Counted from the first letter of the stretch, positions 13,440 through 27,299 are shown. The stretch is 64,000 nucleotides of DNA from Moniliella sp. 'wahieum' (GCA_003971905.1 RSEE01000054.1:186001-250000), one strand, 5' to 3'. Program-made: numbers and translations. Notes: generated by a model from the letters alone, not told the origin.

Positions 13440-14293
13440 TCAAAGGAGCTTGTCGTAGGTGACGCCGCCTGGTGGAGAGGTTAGAACGGGCTAGGAAGAC
13501 AAGGGAAACCAGGAACCCAACGTACGTAACGATCGGCCACTTAGGCAAGCTCGGGCATCCCTTGCAAACGCTTTCCTGTCGCGACGCAGTGCCTCGGCCG
13601 CATCTGTCAGATAGTCAGTGGACGCGCTCCTGAAGAAGGAAGGGGGGGGGGGGCGTACCCTTATTCAACGGGTCGTCGGCATTGGGCTCGAGGAAGAGGA
13701 ACTGGAGTCCGACCATTACGCCATTGAGGTTCAGAACGGGGTTCCAGTCCTCACGCAGGATGTTGAGGCAGATGTTGCCCTCGAGGTCGATGTTGGGATG
13801 GTAGATCTTGTTGGCGCACTTGACCTTGGGCGCTTGGTGGGGGTAGTTGGTCGAGATGGTAAAGTCAAACTCGAAGGTAGCGTCCTTGTAAATGCCTGGG
13901 GGAGACGAGTGCGTCAGAACCACGCACAGGGCCAAGCGGCGCCAAGAGAGGGGAACCTACCTTCGTCGGGAGTGATGAAGAGCTTAAAGTGCATCAGGTT
14001 AGCCGGATCCGGAAACACGGTTCGCATTGTCGGGGGCAGGTCCAGCTCCGAAACATCTGGCGGCAGCCGAGGGCAGAGGAAGACGTCAGTGAGTCTTGAT
14101 TAGGACAGCAAGGATACGAGCAGGGGGGGGAGGCATACCCTTCTGGGCACGCAGCTGCGCTGGCGACGTCTTGGCACTCTTCTTCTTGGCCTCCTCCTTG
14201 GCCTTCAGCTGCCAAATCTGCCGGCGGACAAAGGGAAGGGGGTCAGCGACCTGAGGTCCTTGGCGAGGGTCGGGAGCGACGCACATTCATCAT
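13440..14293 (-). CDS. UBC12: NEDD8-conjugating enzyme Ubc12
   Basis: MMN|IWQLK...[51 protein letters not shown]; about 5 introns; ends GVTYDKLL*. Confidence 0.95.
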
Positions 14294-14739
14294 GGTGGGA
14301 AAGGGGGGGGGGGGTGGTATCAAGCGCAAGGAACGGCGTAGGCGTGGTGGTGTGAAGGACGCGGAGGCCAAGTGGCTGTCCTATTGCCCTTCCCGCGCCG
14401 CCCGGAGTGTTACTGGCGTTGACGACGCCTAAGCACCACTCTCCACCAACCATCTCTCCCTCAGGGGCCTCGCAGCCTCGCAGGCCACATGACCCGTTTG
14501 TCCCAGTCTGGATCTGACGTAAGAGAAACGAACACACTCATGCTGATGTTTCAAAGTTCACTTTTCATCGATTCAGTATCCAACGTTCAGCTGGACATTG
14601 CCACAGCCGCCCAGACCATCGCACCCAGTCATCGATTATTTGATCAGCGACTATCAATCCCATCATTAATCATCCTCCCATCCACCAGCCCGACTCGGCG
14701 CTACCCAGCCCCCGCAACTTGCACCCCGCCGCAACCGTC

Positions 14740-15775
14740 ATGGCCGATCCTGCCGTCCGCACCTTCCCGCCCCTCCGCGGCACGCGCAGCGCCATCGTCA
14801 CCGGAGGGTCGCAGGGCATTGGCCGCTCCACTGCCGAGGCACTGGCGTTGGATGGATGGAACGTGCTCATTTCGGGCCGGCGGTTGGAAGCGCTCGAGTC
14901 GGTGGTGAAGAGCATTACTGCACGTGTGCGGCAGGAGGCGCCCGAGGCCGGGGGGCAGGTAAGACTGTACATGGGCGACATGGGGCAGGAAGGGGCGGTG
15001 ACGAATATGTTTGCGCGGGCGGAGGAGCTGTTTGGGCATATTGATCTCATCTTTATCAATGCGGGCATTGGGGCTCCGGCGGTGCCAATCCAAGAGTTGA
15101 GCTTTGAGCAGTGGACGAACGTGGTCCATGTCAACCTGAATGGCGGTATGTGGGGTGCGGTGCTGCGTCTGCTCCGTGTTTGTTTTGCTTGGTGCATACA
15201 GCTCACTCCGAATAGCCTTTCTCTGTAGCCGGGAGGCGTTCCGCTACATGGACGGCTCCAAGGGTACCAAGGGTGGACGCATCATCCTCAACGGTTCGAT
15301 CAGCTCCAAGGTCCCACGTCCCCACTCTTCTGCCTGTCTGTTTTCCCCCCACTCCGTATCTTTCGCTTCCTCTCAGCACTCCATACCTACTACCTCTAAC
15401 CCTCTCCCCACCAGACACTGCCACCAAGCATGCCATCACCGGCCTGACCAAATCCCTTGCGCTGGACGGGCGCAAGTACAGTGTGTTCCCCTCCTTTGCT
15501 ATGGGATGAGGTAAGATCAATGTCTAACGTACAGTGCCGCAGATATTGCCGTGTCCCAAATCGACATTGGCAATGCCAGTTCGTCCATGACGAAGCGCAT
15601 GTCGGGCACGGGGGTGCTCCAAGCGGATGGGGTGACAGTCAAGACCGAACCTGTGTTTGACCGTGAATTTGTTGCAAAGGAGATTGTCCATATTGCCAAC
15701 CTACCCTTGTCGGTCAACATTCAGGAGGTGACCATCATGGCTACCAACATGCCTAGCTACGTCGGGCGCGGTTGA
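14740..15775 (+). CDS. short-chain dehydrogenase/reductase
   Basis: TGGSQGIG Rossmann motif, NAG, NGSIS, YTATK (Y formed across an intron), QIDIGNA. Confidence 0.92.
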
Positions 15776-16732
15776 ACTCTGGTTGCACGACTATGTGCTT
15801 CGAGGCAACTTGCACTACATGCCGTCTATCTCCCCATCTTTGAACCAATCACTTTGATTTATGCACAGCGTACATAACGGCAGTGCTCACTCACACCCTC
15901 GCCTTTACCACACTCGACGTCTTCGTTTGCGCAGTCGCCCGCCTTCTCGCAAGAAGCCAAGGGTACAGTGAGTGCCACATGGGCCTCTGCCTCTACATGT
16001 AAGAAAGCAAGCGGGGGTGCCCTGAGATCCACACAAGATCCCAGAACGGACTACCCTTCAAACAGAACTTATGCGTGGAGACAGGTTTTTGGCTGCAACA
16101 GTTGAGTCGTAAGCCCGTCGTGCTCTCTCTTTTTGGCGTGTTTAGCAGCACATCTCCTTCCACTGTAGAGGAGTTGATGTGGCCAGCAGATCGTCACTTG
16201 ATAGTTCAACTCAGTGGCGTCTCCGCATGAGCAGGATTGGCGTGAAATCATCTTCAGCCAGAGACACTTACTCGGTTGTCTCTTCCAACTATGATCAAAT
16301 GACTACGTACACTGAAACCCCATAGGGGACTTGGTGCAAATGTAGAGTATAGCCAAGGTATATATATCAAGGTACGGTGTGCTTGGTCTCATAATCGAGC
16401 ATCATCTGCTTCACACCAACAGGGCCTTCGATAGAAATTCCAAGCCAATCGGACCCAAGGGAGGCATCGTTCCTCCCTGCCGATAATGGAATGTAGCGGT
16501 ATTCCTGAATACAGTGAGAGAGGACTGCTGTGAAACCCGCATCTCTTGGCTTTATAGGAACGATCCAAATTCCATGAAGACCGCCTAAGTAATTCGAGAA
16601 GGGCTCCCTACAACGCACGGCGAGGGAAGGAATCATCGAAATGCAACCGGGAGTGTTGCATCTTTTCCTTGAGGAGAGTACACGTATGTCGTATGTGTGA
16701 TGCACATTCATTTGTGTTGTGCTTGGCCCGAC

Positions 16733-18327
16733 TCAACACAGGGTACTTATCCCGGTGGCGACGGGGACGACAGGCAAAGTATCCAACGCTGTTTTTGCTG
16801 TGGTGGAGGCCAAGTCGGATGCATGCGACAACCCAGGCGGGGGCTGTTTCGGTGTCATCACGTCGACCAACGCAGTTTGAAGGCGCAGCAAGCCTTGGGC
16901 CAAAGCATCTGGCTCGAGGGAAAACGTGATCCTAAACCAACCGGGGACTGGGTGGTGGTAATTGAATCCAGGCGTGATGGCAACGCCGTGGCTGAGGCAA
17001 TGGGACCAGAGATGCGTCTCGCGTTGCTCGACCGTGCCGGGGCCTTTGGGGAGGTAGGCGCTGAGGTTGACCATGACAAAATGGCCGGCGTTGGAGGGGA
17101 TGTATTCCAGGTGCTGATCCAGGCACCATGCTTTGACCGTCTCGTAGCGTGAGAGAGGCGAGCTTGGTTGGTCTGGATGTACCACGGCAAGAAGGTTTCG
17201 TCGGTCAAGATGGGCTCCAGAGGCAATCGGCCGGCGAAGCCACCATATTCAACTTGGCTGTGACCTTGAGTGCGTTGCGCAACGTCTCGTTGCGGCTTAC
17301 CAGCGCCCCAACCCTCAACCCATTGCTGCCCCAATCCTTCGATGCACTGCTGAGGATCACAATTCGGTCTCCATCCACCCCCTTGGACTCCCAATCAATC
17401 GACAAGGCCGAAATAAAGGGCTGGGGGGACCGGTTGTCCGAGGTGGGGAAGACGGAAAGCGCGTAGATTTCATCAACCACAAGGAAAAGGTTGTAGCGCT
17501 GGGCAAACTGGCCATAGGCCACCAGTGCCGCCTGATCGTAGCACCGTCCCAATGGGTTGTGCGGGTTGGTCACCATGACCGCGCGGGCAGGCGTCCCATT
17601 CAATGCGCAGGATTGGTACGCCTGCTCAAACCCACGGAGCGCACCCAGACCTGAGAAGGAGGATGCTTCGGCCTCATCCTGGTCTGGGGAAAATACTGCG
17701 TGACACTTGACTTGCGACCGCGTGCCTAGATCGGCATCAAAGCCATTGTACAAGGGGGCCGCAGTGAGGAAGGCTTCCCCCGGGTCCGCCAGGTGTTCTG
17801 CAACTTGGTCCAATAGACTCCCACAGCCTGGACCTGTGATAATGTGTTCCGGTCGGACCGGCTCAAAAGGACGATAGTAGTCCGAGTTGTACAGTTTGCA
17901 CAAGGCGTCAAACAGCCTGGAGGAACCAAACAAGGACGTTCCACTAGAAAGAGGGGTTATCGATTATCCGCATGTTAGCTGATAGCATAATGGGAAATAT
18001 ACACAGCACACACTAGGTCAAGTCCGTGGCCTGCATGGCACAGTTGGCACGCATATACTTTAGCAATCTTTGCTCATGAGTGAATTGTTGGCAATCGCCA
18101 TGTTGACAATGCCGTTTGGGTTACTCTCGGCGTCATATGTGTCGGAGAGGATGCGATCAAAGATGCTCCCTAGGAAAGAGGGCAGGAGCAATGTGGCAGG
18201 TCAGTGCATTGTTCTTCCGGCATCACCCACACACGTAACGGCGACGGAGTGTTTTGCTGTACGCACAGAAGGGTGTGACCGATTGGGCATGCGCTGTGCC
18301 TCGACGGGAGAGTTGGGCTGGACTCAT
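16733..18327 (-). CDS. PLP-dependent class I/II aminotransferase, ACC-synthase-like
   Basis: MSPAQLSRRG.., YDAESNPNGIVNMAIANNSL, TNPHNPLGR, VVDEIYA, SASKDWGSNGLRVG (PLP lysine), PGWFRITF. Confidence 0.9.
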
Positions 18328-19409
18328 TTCTTGCCGTAATAGTATAGGGGTCGGAGGGTTGGGAAAAGAGAAGGAGGTGTGCTTTGGGGGGAGTCGAGCA
18401 CGCCATCGTTTGGCGTTCGGCCTGTTTATAGCGGCCTGCACACACCCACGTTATCAGTAATAGTGTGCATCATGCGATCATTACGGCCACTTCTGTGTTC
18501 TCAATGATAACGCGAGGGGATTTGGGATCGGGGCAGGAGGAGGGGTAGCATGCAGCATGTCTCTTCGTCGAGGACACGTGGCTATTAATCACACTTTCAT
18601 CTGTCCCGCTCGTAGTTCCAGACTACTATACCATCGAGTATAGTCGGGCACTTGTGCTCCTCAGCTGGGGCGCTGAGGTTTCAACGTGGAAGATCATGAT
18701 CTTCAGGTGCGTCTCTGTGGATGGCGTGTGGAACACTGCTCTTCTTTCTATGAAAAAGGCCGAGCTAGGGAAACCAATGTGTGTGCAGCTGGGGACTCTC
18801 GGTTGGGCGTGAAGCTTGAAGATCACTGAGATGGGCAATGGGGGGGCAGTTGCCTCGCACAATTGATCCACAGTTCTATTGCTCGTTTCAATTTATACTG
18901 CCCGACTTGTGTGTGATAATATTAGTACTGAGCGCGATCCGGCAACTTTAAGGGCGAAAACTGGCCGGCAGCCAGTTGTTGTTACCCCCCAGGCCTTGTC
19001 CAACTGCACCTGATTACTAGACAGCTGCATGTAGCAAGCAAAGCTCAACATGGCATAACTCTTCCTCGAGGCGCTAGGCAAAGACATTTTGAGATAACCT
19101 GTGGGAACTACCGGATGCTATATCGGAGGCACACGAGCTACAAATGGACAACCTGTGTGGTAGTGCAGATGGTTGTTGTATCTCTCTCATCGATCTCACA
19201 GGCTGGGGTCGTGTTGCCAAATGTGAGTTCAGATGGGGGGTATTATATTAGTTTACTTGGTCAACGACAGGCGGACGCGCGCCCGGGCGATCCCAGTGGG
19301 GGAGACAACGACGGGACTGGAGAGGGTGCTGAGGATAGGACTGGGGCGAATAGCGTACGCGACAGGCGGGCCCGGGGAAGGGTGGTGGGGTTGGGCGGAC
19401 TTGGCATGG

Positions 19410-22400
19410 TCAGAGGAGGGGGTCTTCCAGCGGTGGCATGTCGTCCGTCGTAGTATGGGGCCGTTTGCGACTAATGTGGGGCATGCGGGATGCTCGCGTG
19501 GGTGGAGTTTGGGGCTGCTGTACCAACGGGAGATACTCAGCTAACTCAAAGAGGGGGAGCAGGTCCCCATACGTCAAGGTGAGGTGACGCAGCCTTGTCT
19601 CCAACTTGGTGAGGGCGTGGGTGAAGGCGCGGCCGAGTGCCCCCCCTTGGACGAATACCAGACTTTTGATCAACGGGACGAGAGCGGAAAGCACCACCAC
19701 AAGCAGAAGTCTCCCTGTTGGAGGCTTGTCCAGCATGGATCCAAGCAGATCAACGCCTCGATCCACATGCTCTTGCATCACTCTCACCAGCTGAGCTGGG
19801 GTAGGGCTGTCCGTCTCCGTCTCACCCTCCCAACGAAGGGGAGAGGACAGGCCAGCTCCCACGCCTTAGCTAAGGCAGTGTAGGCCGATCCCAACTTGCC
19901 CCAGGCCGTTATGGCTCGAGTAGGGTGACAGAGCAGATGATCCGTTCCCGTTAGGTCTGGATCCAAGAGAAGTTGGCACGCAGCGACAACCAGAGGATGC
20001 GTGATCTTTTCGACCGCCGCAGAGGCGGGGGCCGCCGACGGCTCGTTCCGCACTTGGCGCGAGGAAGACGAGCGCGGAGCCAGCACTACTCTGCCTGGAA
20101 CGACAGAGGAAGGGCGATAAGGCGAAGAATGGCTAGGCGCGTGCTTGTCCAAAGGGCGCGAGACGACATTAGGATGGGAAGGCCAGGCAGAGTGTTTCCA
20201 AAGGTTTTCGGGACCAAGCCGTTTGCGCTTTGCTGCGCTCACACACGGGCTCCCGGTTGGAGCTGGATGGCCTGGGGAAAGTGGACTCTCGAGATCAGGT
20301 TCGGAGTCCGGCCCATCCGCAAAGCCCTCTCCAGTAGTGGGAAGGTCCTTCTCTCTTTCGGACGTTGGGAGGGCGGGCTGCTCTATCAAGCCAAGACTAA
20401 CGCTGCTGCTGCTTTGATCCGATGCCACTGGCGGTACTTGGGGGGGCATAGGCACCGCCACAGGCGAAGGCTCAATTGTTTGATCCGCTAGCCGCAGGTT
20501 GGGATCTGGATCTAGGGCCGAGGCTAGACCGGTCTGGTACCCCGGGGGCCGAACCTGGGATGGAGACGATGACATCGACTGGCCCGATCCGCGAGACATG
20601 CTCGGGTCCGCATCGTCTGGTGTGGCTTCAATCCCCGCTAAGACGGGCTGTGGTTGTACTCTGGAGCCGGAAACAGAGAGGGATATGTCCCTATCTGGCT
20701 CCCGACTGGAGGGGTAGGCTACCAACTGAACGGGTGCGGGTGGGGACTTGGCCGGAAGGACGAACGGGGGCTCTGGCACATGCCGTGCTAGATCATATTG
20801 AACGCCAGCCGGCATCACCATGGATCCCTCCATCCCCGAAGCCGAAAGGGAAATGTTCATCACGGACACTTCAACTGATCGAGACGGAGCGCTGGCGGAG
20901 CACCCGGGGTCTCCTTGAAGAAGCGCGCTCGGTGAATCCATAGGGTCAACGGATGAGAAACTGTGGCGCTCACATTCTCCTCCTCATGTGGATCCGTTGA
21001 TGGCGAGGCCGGGCACCCAGATACAGGGCGTGAGGGGGAAGGAGGGGGCATGGCCGAGGGCATGGTGAGGGAGGCTGTAGGATTGGGAAGAGGGGGAGGC
21101 CGTTCCCGGCGAACACGTTCCTGCGCCAACATGAAGCGGATGAAGCGTGTAGCCAAAGCAGGCGAAGGTGTCCGGAAGGGAGCCACCCCAACGTCCTTCG
21201 CCCAGCCAGCATATGCGTCGCGCGCTCGACGCACATTTTCGGCGCCCATCCAGGCTTCGGCATCTGCCGCAATCCGATCCTGCCCCAGAAGGGAGAGGGT
21301 GCCGGCGAACATAGCGGGCAATGCCCAGTAGGTGAACACATCCGCCTCCACCGATTGCTCGGCGCAAGGAGCTAGACCGGGGGTAGAACCATCTCGCCTT
21401 GCCACACCAGGGAGGGAGTTGGGTACGATCGAGTCGGGCTCGAAGAGCGATACGAGGCTGCGCAGTTCCGGGAGGGTGCTATGCCGCCCAAGCGGAGTGT
21501 GGATCAGAGTGGGATACTGGGCACCGGGGTCCCCACGGGCAGCAGCCAAGATTTGAGCTCGGGTGAGGGAATGGTACGCAGTCCACTGGTCTGACGACAT
21601 CTCCATAGGGTGGACAAAGACTGCACGCAGCTCTTGAGCCGAAGCAAAGTGTTTAACGGGGAGCCGTGCTTTGGAGGGACATGGCTGAGCACGATCACAT
21701 GCATGGATCCGCACGGTAGGGTCAAGTGTCAAGATATCAGCCAAGAACGGCTCGGCCTCAAACGCATTGACCGATATTGATGATAGCGGTAGGAATCAAG
21801 ATGGATCTGTTCGCCAAAGTAGCGCGCAACGCCCTTGAGCAGCTCCTCGTACCCCCACGTCCAACAGTGGAGGTAGATTCCCACGTGGGCGGGTAGAGGG
21901 CGAGCAGGTCGACCACCCCGGCCACTGCAGAGGCCTTGGGTGGCGCAGCGGCCCCGCGCTCCACCATCTCAGTGTCGAGGTAAATGCATGCCAACCGCAT
22001 GGACCAATCCGTCTTGGCTGCCCCTCCCACGCGGCGCGAGGAAGTACCAAACTCGTCTGACTCGGGCGCAAATTGGGACGAGGCCAGTTGGGAGGAGCCC
22101 TCGCCGGAAGAGGGGTGTTGCTGGGACGAATGGTGCTGTGGCTGGAGGTTGTGGGGCGGTGCGTGCGAGGTCCGAGATGGTACCTTGATGGCAGATGTGG
22201 CACCAACAAGGAGGGAGAGTGTAGCAAGCCTCCCTCGCCAATGGCGATCGACCATCTCTGCTCCCAACTTGTCAAGAGTCTCAGCGGCGTTCTCGGCGGT
22301 GGCCATACCGAGAACGGCTGGGGCAGCTAGGGGGCCATCCTGGTCCTGCGGGATCGGACGATTTGTCGCGGTTGATATGTGGGTCCATTGGGGTCCAACC

Positions 22401-23291
22401 AATGCACCTTCTGAATCGCCATGGTCCTTGCTTTTGACATTGTCGTCTGCGCCGGTGGGGGCATGGGAATCAAAGGGGAGTCGTGGCACTTGTCCATCGG
22501 CGGGAGCCAGCGTGCGGGCCAAGGCCGAGGGGCGGATCCAGCGACTTACAAACGGGTTGGCGGCCAAAGCGGAGACCATCGAAGCTTCCGCACGCACGTC
22601 GCCTGTATGCAGGATGGCGCCGCGAGGGCCGTGGATGAGGACCATGACCGCTCCCGGCATGTGGTTGGCATCCAACAGTGTCACGACCAGCTCGACACCG
22701 GGCGTGTATTGGACGCGGGTGGGAGTGTTGAGCGGAATGGGAACCAGCTGGTCTCGGGGAGAGCGGGTGCGAGATGCGCTGGGGTGCGTGCGTGCGGCGG
22801 GCTTGCGTGGGGGGCGGCGCTTGGGGCGAAGGAGGGCGTTGGTGCGGGCACGGCGGAGGTTGCGCGAGTAGGCGGCGTAGGCGGGGGCGAGGCGGGAGAA
22901 GGGGCGGTCGGGGGCGACGCGTGGGTCGGCGGCGGCGGCGGCGCGGTGGCGGGCGGTCTGGTGGTCGATGAGGATGCGGCGGGTGGTGGGGGAGCAGAGG
23001 ATGACGGCGGCGGCGGGGGGGCAGCGGGCGAGGCCGGGGACATGGTCCATGTGGGCATGGTGAGGATGTAGAGCGCGGCGGGGCAAAGTGGGTCTGGGCG
23101 GGGGCGAGGTCGCCGAGGTCGAGGACGGGGGTGGGGGGGGTGGTGGCGGCGGAGAGGGAGGGCGCGGCGGCCAGCTGGGCAGCCCAGGCGCGGACGAGGG
23201 GCGGGAGCGGCGGGCGGCTGCTGCCAAAGTCGTCGATGCGCACCAGCGGGTACTCGGCGACGAAGCCGCCCAGCGGCGTGTTGCTGGGCAT
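19410..23291 (-). CDS. Artemis/SNM1-family metallo-beta-lactamase/beta-CASP nuclease
   Basis: GFVAEYPLVRIDDF, T(H)AHMDH, LLDANHMPGAVM, ILHTGDVR, IYLDT, RHSTLPEL..F.P; several frameshifts; 3' end approximate. Confidence 0.88.
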
Positions 23292-23448
23292 GGCGGGCGG
23301 ATCGGCTGGTGTTGGCCTGCCCATTTAACGAGCCAGCCGCTCCGCTGCTCGGTGCAATGCGGCACGTGCCATCCACTTGCACCTGAACAAGTCTGTGCGT
23401 CCCCGGTTCACTCGCCTTCCCCCAACAACCCACAGCGCTGCTGCCCCC

Positions 23449-24553
23449 ATGGAGATGCTGTCGTTCAATGTCGACAACGGCTACCTCGAGGGCGTGGTGC
23501 GCGGCTACATGAACGGCCTCCTGACCGCGCCGCAGTTCCAGACGCTGACCCAGTGCGAGACGCTGGAGGATCTGCGCATGCAGCTGTCGGCGACCGACTA
23601 TGGCAACTTTCTCGCCAACGAGCCCTCGCCGCTCACCACCGCTGTCGTCCTGGACCGTGCGACGAGACGGATGGTGACGCAGTTCGAGTATCTGCGCGAG
23701 AATGCCGTTTACCCCGCTGAGCAAATTCCTCGACTTTGTCACCTACGCCACATGATCGACAATGTCATTCTCCTCATCTGGCACCCTGCACGAACGCGAC
23801 ACCCACGAGCTGCTGGAGCGCTGCCACCTCTGGGCTGGTTCGATACCCTTCCCGCCCTCAGCGTGGCCAACACAGTAGACGAACTGTACCAAACCGTCCT
23901 TGTCGAGACCCCATTGGCACCCTATTTCCGCGACTGCCTCTCCGCCGCCGACCTGGACGACCTCAACATTGAGATTATTCGCAACACTCTCTACAAGGCC
24001 TACCTGGAAGACTTTTATCAATTTTCTCTCTCTCTTGGCGCGTAACATCCGAGGCGATGCAAGACCTTCTTGCATTTGAGGCCGATCGCCGTGTCATTTC
24101 CATCACCGTCAACAGTTTTGGTACGGGCTTAACCAAGGAGGAACGCGCACGCCTTTTCCCCTCGGTCGGGAAGCTGTACCCGGCAGGCAACAATGCGCTG
24201 GCCCGGGCCGACGATGTGGAGCAGGTCAAGGCGGTATGCGAGATGGTGCCAGAGTACAAATCCTTCTTTGATGCGCCCTGGACAAGAGGAGGCCCAGCTG
24301 GACCACCTGGAAGACAAGTTTTCCAAGGAAGAGGTGAGGATCAACAAAATTCTCACCATCCAACAGTTTAACTTTTCCTCTTTTACGCTTGGACCAAGCT
24401 GAAGGAACAGGAGATTCGCACTCTGGGCTGGATTGCCGAGTGTATTGCCCAAGGCGCCCGAGGTACGTCATCCTCCTGTCCCCCTTTCTTTTCCACTATC
24501 ACCTTCCTGACATTTTGTTTGCAGACCGCATTGGGGACTATATCAATGTGTAA
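23449..24553 (+). CDS. VMA6: V-ATPase V0 subunit d
   Basis: [60 protein letters not shown]; terminal intron ~24462-24523. Confidence 0.96.
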
Positions 24554-24758
24554 TGGCGTAATGGTATTTGCAGTGTTGCTCGTCGGGTTACTATGCTTGG
24601 GCACATATTCCCTTTGCTAGAATGGAATGAACATATAGGTATACAAATGTGATGCCAAACGACCAGGAGAGCTCGTGCCTGGATCGTCGAGCGGACGTCT
24701 CTTCTCTCCCACCCAGGCCAAATCGGGGTGTCCTCACACGTCTCGCCCTTAGTGTCTG

Positions 24759-27299
24759 TTATGGTTGGGGCGACTGCGTGCTTTTGGTACAAATGGCTTG
24801 CAACGCTGCCGCCAGATTGTCGTGTCGCGTCTTGAAGAACTTATGGTTGGCCTCGGGCTTGTGAGCAAGGATCGTCTCAATATAGCGCTCGCGCTCATCC
24901 ACCACGTCGGGATGCGGGATGTACGTGCTGGAAAGGGCATGGCGGGACCAACGCATGGCTTGATCCAGGTTGTGGACCTCTGCCTGGCTCAGATCGGTGC
25001 GAGCACAGATGAGATAGTCGAGGCCGAACTTGGACACTTCCTTGGTACTCGGCAAGGGCCCAGAAAGGAATTTGGTGTTGACCCATCGGTCAAAGCATAC
25101 CTCCAACAAAACGTTGGTCCGGTCGGACCACGTGCGGGGACCGCGAAATTTGCTGTATCCCTTGCCGTAGTCAGAACCCTCCCGGGATCGCGCCGCCTTT
25201 TCCTCGGCAATCTGGGAGACGATGACATCAAGTCGATCTGCCTGGGGATCCAGTGTGAGTTCGAGCGTTTGACGAGGGAAGTGCGCCGTAGCAGCATTGA
25301 GGACGTCCTGGAGCATGAGGAGGATCATGCGGAAGAGGGAATCAAACAGCGCTTGGTCGCCGACAAATGTCTTCATCATCTCCTCTTGCGGCAGATACTC
25401 AAACCCAAACACCTGCGCCGTGTTATGGTAGCAGACAAACGTGCCGTCCAACTCACCAAGCTTGGCTTGGAGTAGATAGGTGAGCATCCGGGACCGGACC
25501 AGGTCAAACTTTTCCCGCTCAAAAGAATTCAGAAGACCAGCCGAATGACGAATCTCATACCCGATCCCTGCACCCAATCTTCCCCGTCCCGAACAGCCAC
25601 CACGCCTCGTGGTTTAATGTTAAACGTCTTGCCGGGCAGGCGGGGATCCACACAGGGCGTTGGAGATCGGACCAGGATGTTTCCAGCCTGGGTCAGGTGG
25701 TAAGCTCCCGAGCCTTCCATCTCTTTTTTGGACAGTTGCCAGTTGCGTTGTTTCCACGCCTCAACCTGTTCAGGAGTAGAGGTGATGAGTTGGCTTCGAG
25801 GCCTTTGCCCAAGGAAGACAGAACACGTTGCTCCGCCCGGCGTAGACATGTCCGTCAAGCTGTACGTATTGCTCTGGCGGTGATAAACGAGTTTGACTTG
25901 CAAGGGCAAGCGCCGCCCAAACTATACCCCCAAGCTGCATGAAGGTCAGTACGATGCAAGGAGCCGAGGAGATAAAAAAAGACGCACAGATGAGATCAGG
26001 TCCTGGTACTGCTGCCCAAATGCACCAAAGTCTGGTGTGCGCCAGCCCGTGATGACGAAAACAAGTGGGACATGAGCGACGCCATCGTTTCGCCCTCTGC
26101 AACAAACTTGGCTTTGACCTTGTTGGCCAAGTGCTGCAGGTCCGGTTGCGGACCAGGCTCATTCCACTTTGGGTCCACAGAAAACTCCACGTTGCGCATT
26201 GGCGGAGCATAATTGAACTGCTGAGTGTGCGGGTCTTGCACCCAGGAGACGCCTGGGTTGAACAGGACACGACCAAGGCCATAGCCAAGCGTGGCGGGTA
26301 CACGCTCTTGTATGGGCGGCACCGCAGCGACGTTCAGCGTGGCAGGGGTGGCGGGGTTGCCTTTTTCTGCCAGTTCCCATTGGACTGTTTATGATTGGGG
26401 CGGTGCATACCAACTTGGCAGCGCGTTTCAAATACGGGCGACGTACGGCTCACGAGAGCAACTTTCTGGGTGAGCTTCTTGTCGTGGTACACATCGTAAA
26501 TAAGTGGCCGTCGCACGAGGGATCGCAAGAGCGTCGCTTTGGCCGATTCTTTTTGGTTGAGCTCGGCACGGGCATTGCGAATCGCTGTTTGCAAACCGCG
26601 CGAGCTAGAGTCGACCTTCACTTTGTTGGCATTGTCATCCTCACGTCCGGCCAAAACCGCCGAGGAAGTGCGTTGAAACCGACCGGCCATATGGAGAAGG
26701 ACATGCTCATCCTGCTCAGGGATCTCGCTACTGACACTGAGGCTGCGCAGCACGTCGGATCCAGGACGGGAGAGGCGCGATTGCAAGGTATCAAGCTGCC
26801 GTTGGGCGGCCAAAATGTGTTCCTGCAGCTCAATGGCCTTCTCTTTCACAGCAATGGAAGAATGGGACGTAGGCACGGGTCGCTGCGACCTGCCTTTAAG
26901 CATAGTGGGTTGTTGTCGAGAGGGAGCAGGTGTGCCGTCCTTTTGTGGTGGCGGCAACGAGGTAAAAATGAAGGGCTTTGGTGGTGGTCTGGCAGTGCTC
27001 CTCTTAGTTCCCGTTGCCGTTGCTGCTGCAGTTGCTGTTCGATTGGAATGGGCATTGGTGCTCTTTTGGCCGGTGAGGGCAGCACGCAAGGCCGCCTCGG
27101 CGGCGGAGAAAGCTTGGCGGTGCAAGCTGGCGCGGGTTTGGAGGCTGGGACGCGGTTTCTCCTGGAGGCGGCGCACGAAAGAGCACGGACGGCCGGCCGA
27201 GGCGGGAGCTGGATCTGTCCGTGCACATGGGCGCTGCGCAAGGGCAACCGCACAGAAGCATGCCAGGTGGAGGTCGACACTCCAAGGGCGGGCGTACAT
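24759..27299 (-). CDS. PET127: Pet127-like mitochondrial RNA-processing protein (divergent)
   Basis: LGYGLGRVLFNPGV..QDP, DPRLPG, SFERE.FD..RS...Y.LQ..LG.LDG.FV.YHNT..VFGFEY; Arg-rich N-terminal presequence-like region. Confidence 0.85.

Noticed and set aside
14740..18327. Secondary-metabolite cluster (SDR plus aminotransferase)
   Set aside because: No backbone synthase or cluster regulator; the neighbours are housekeeping genes
19410..23291. Functional link between the Artemis-like gene and the palindromic duplications
   Set aside because: Artemis opens hairpins, but its presence in this window is ordinary gene content and gives no evidence of linkage
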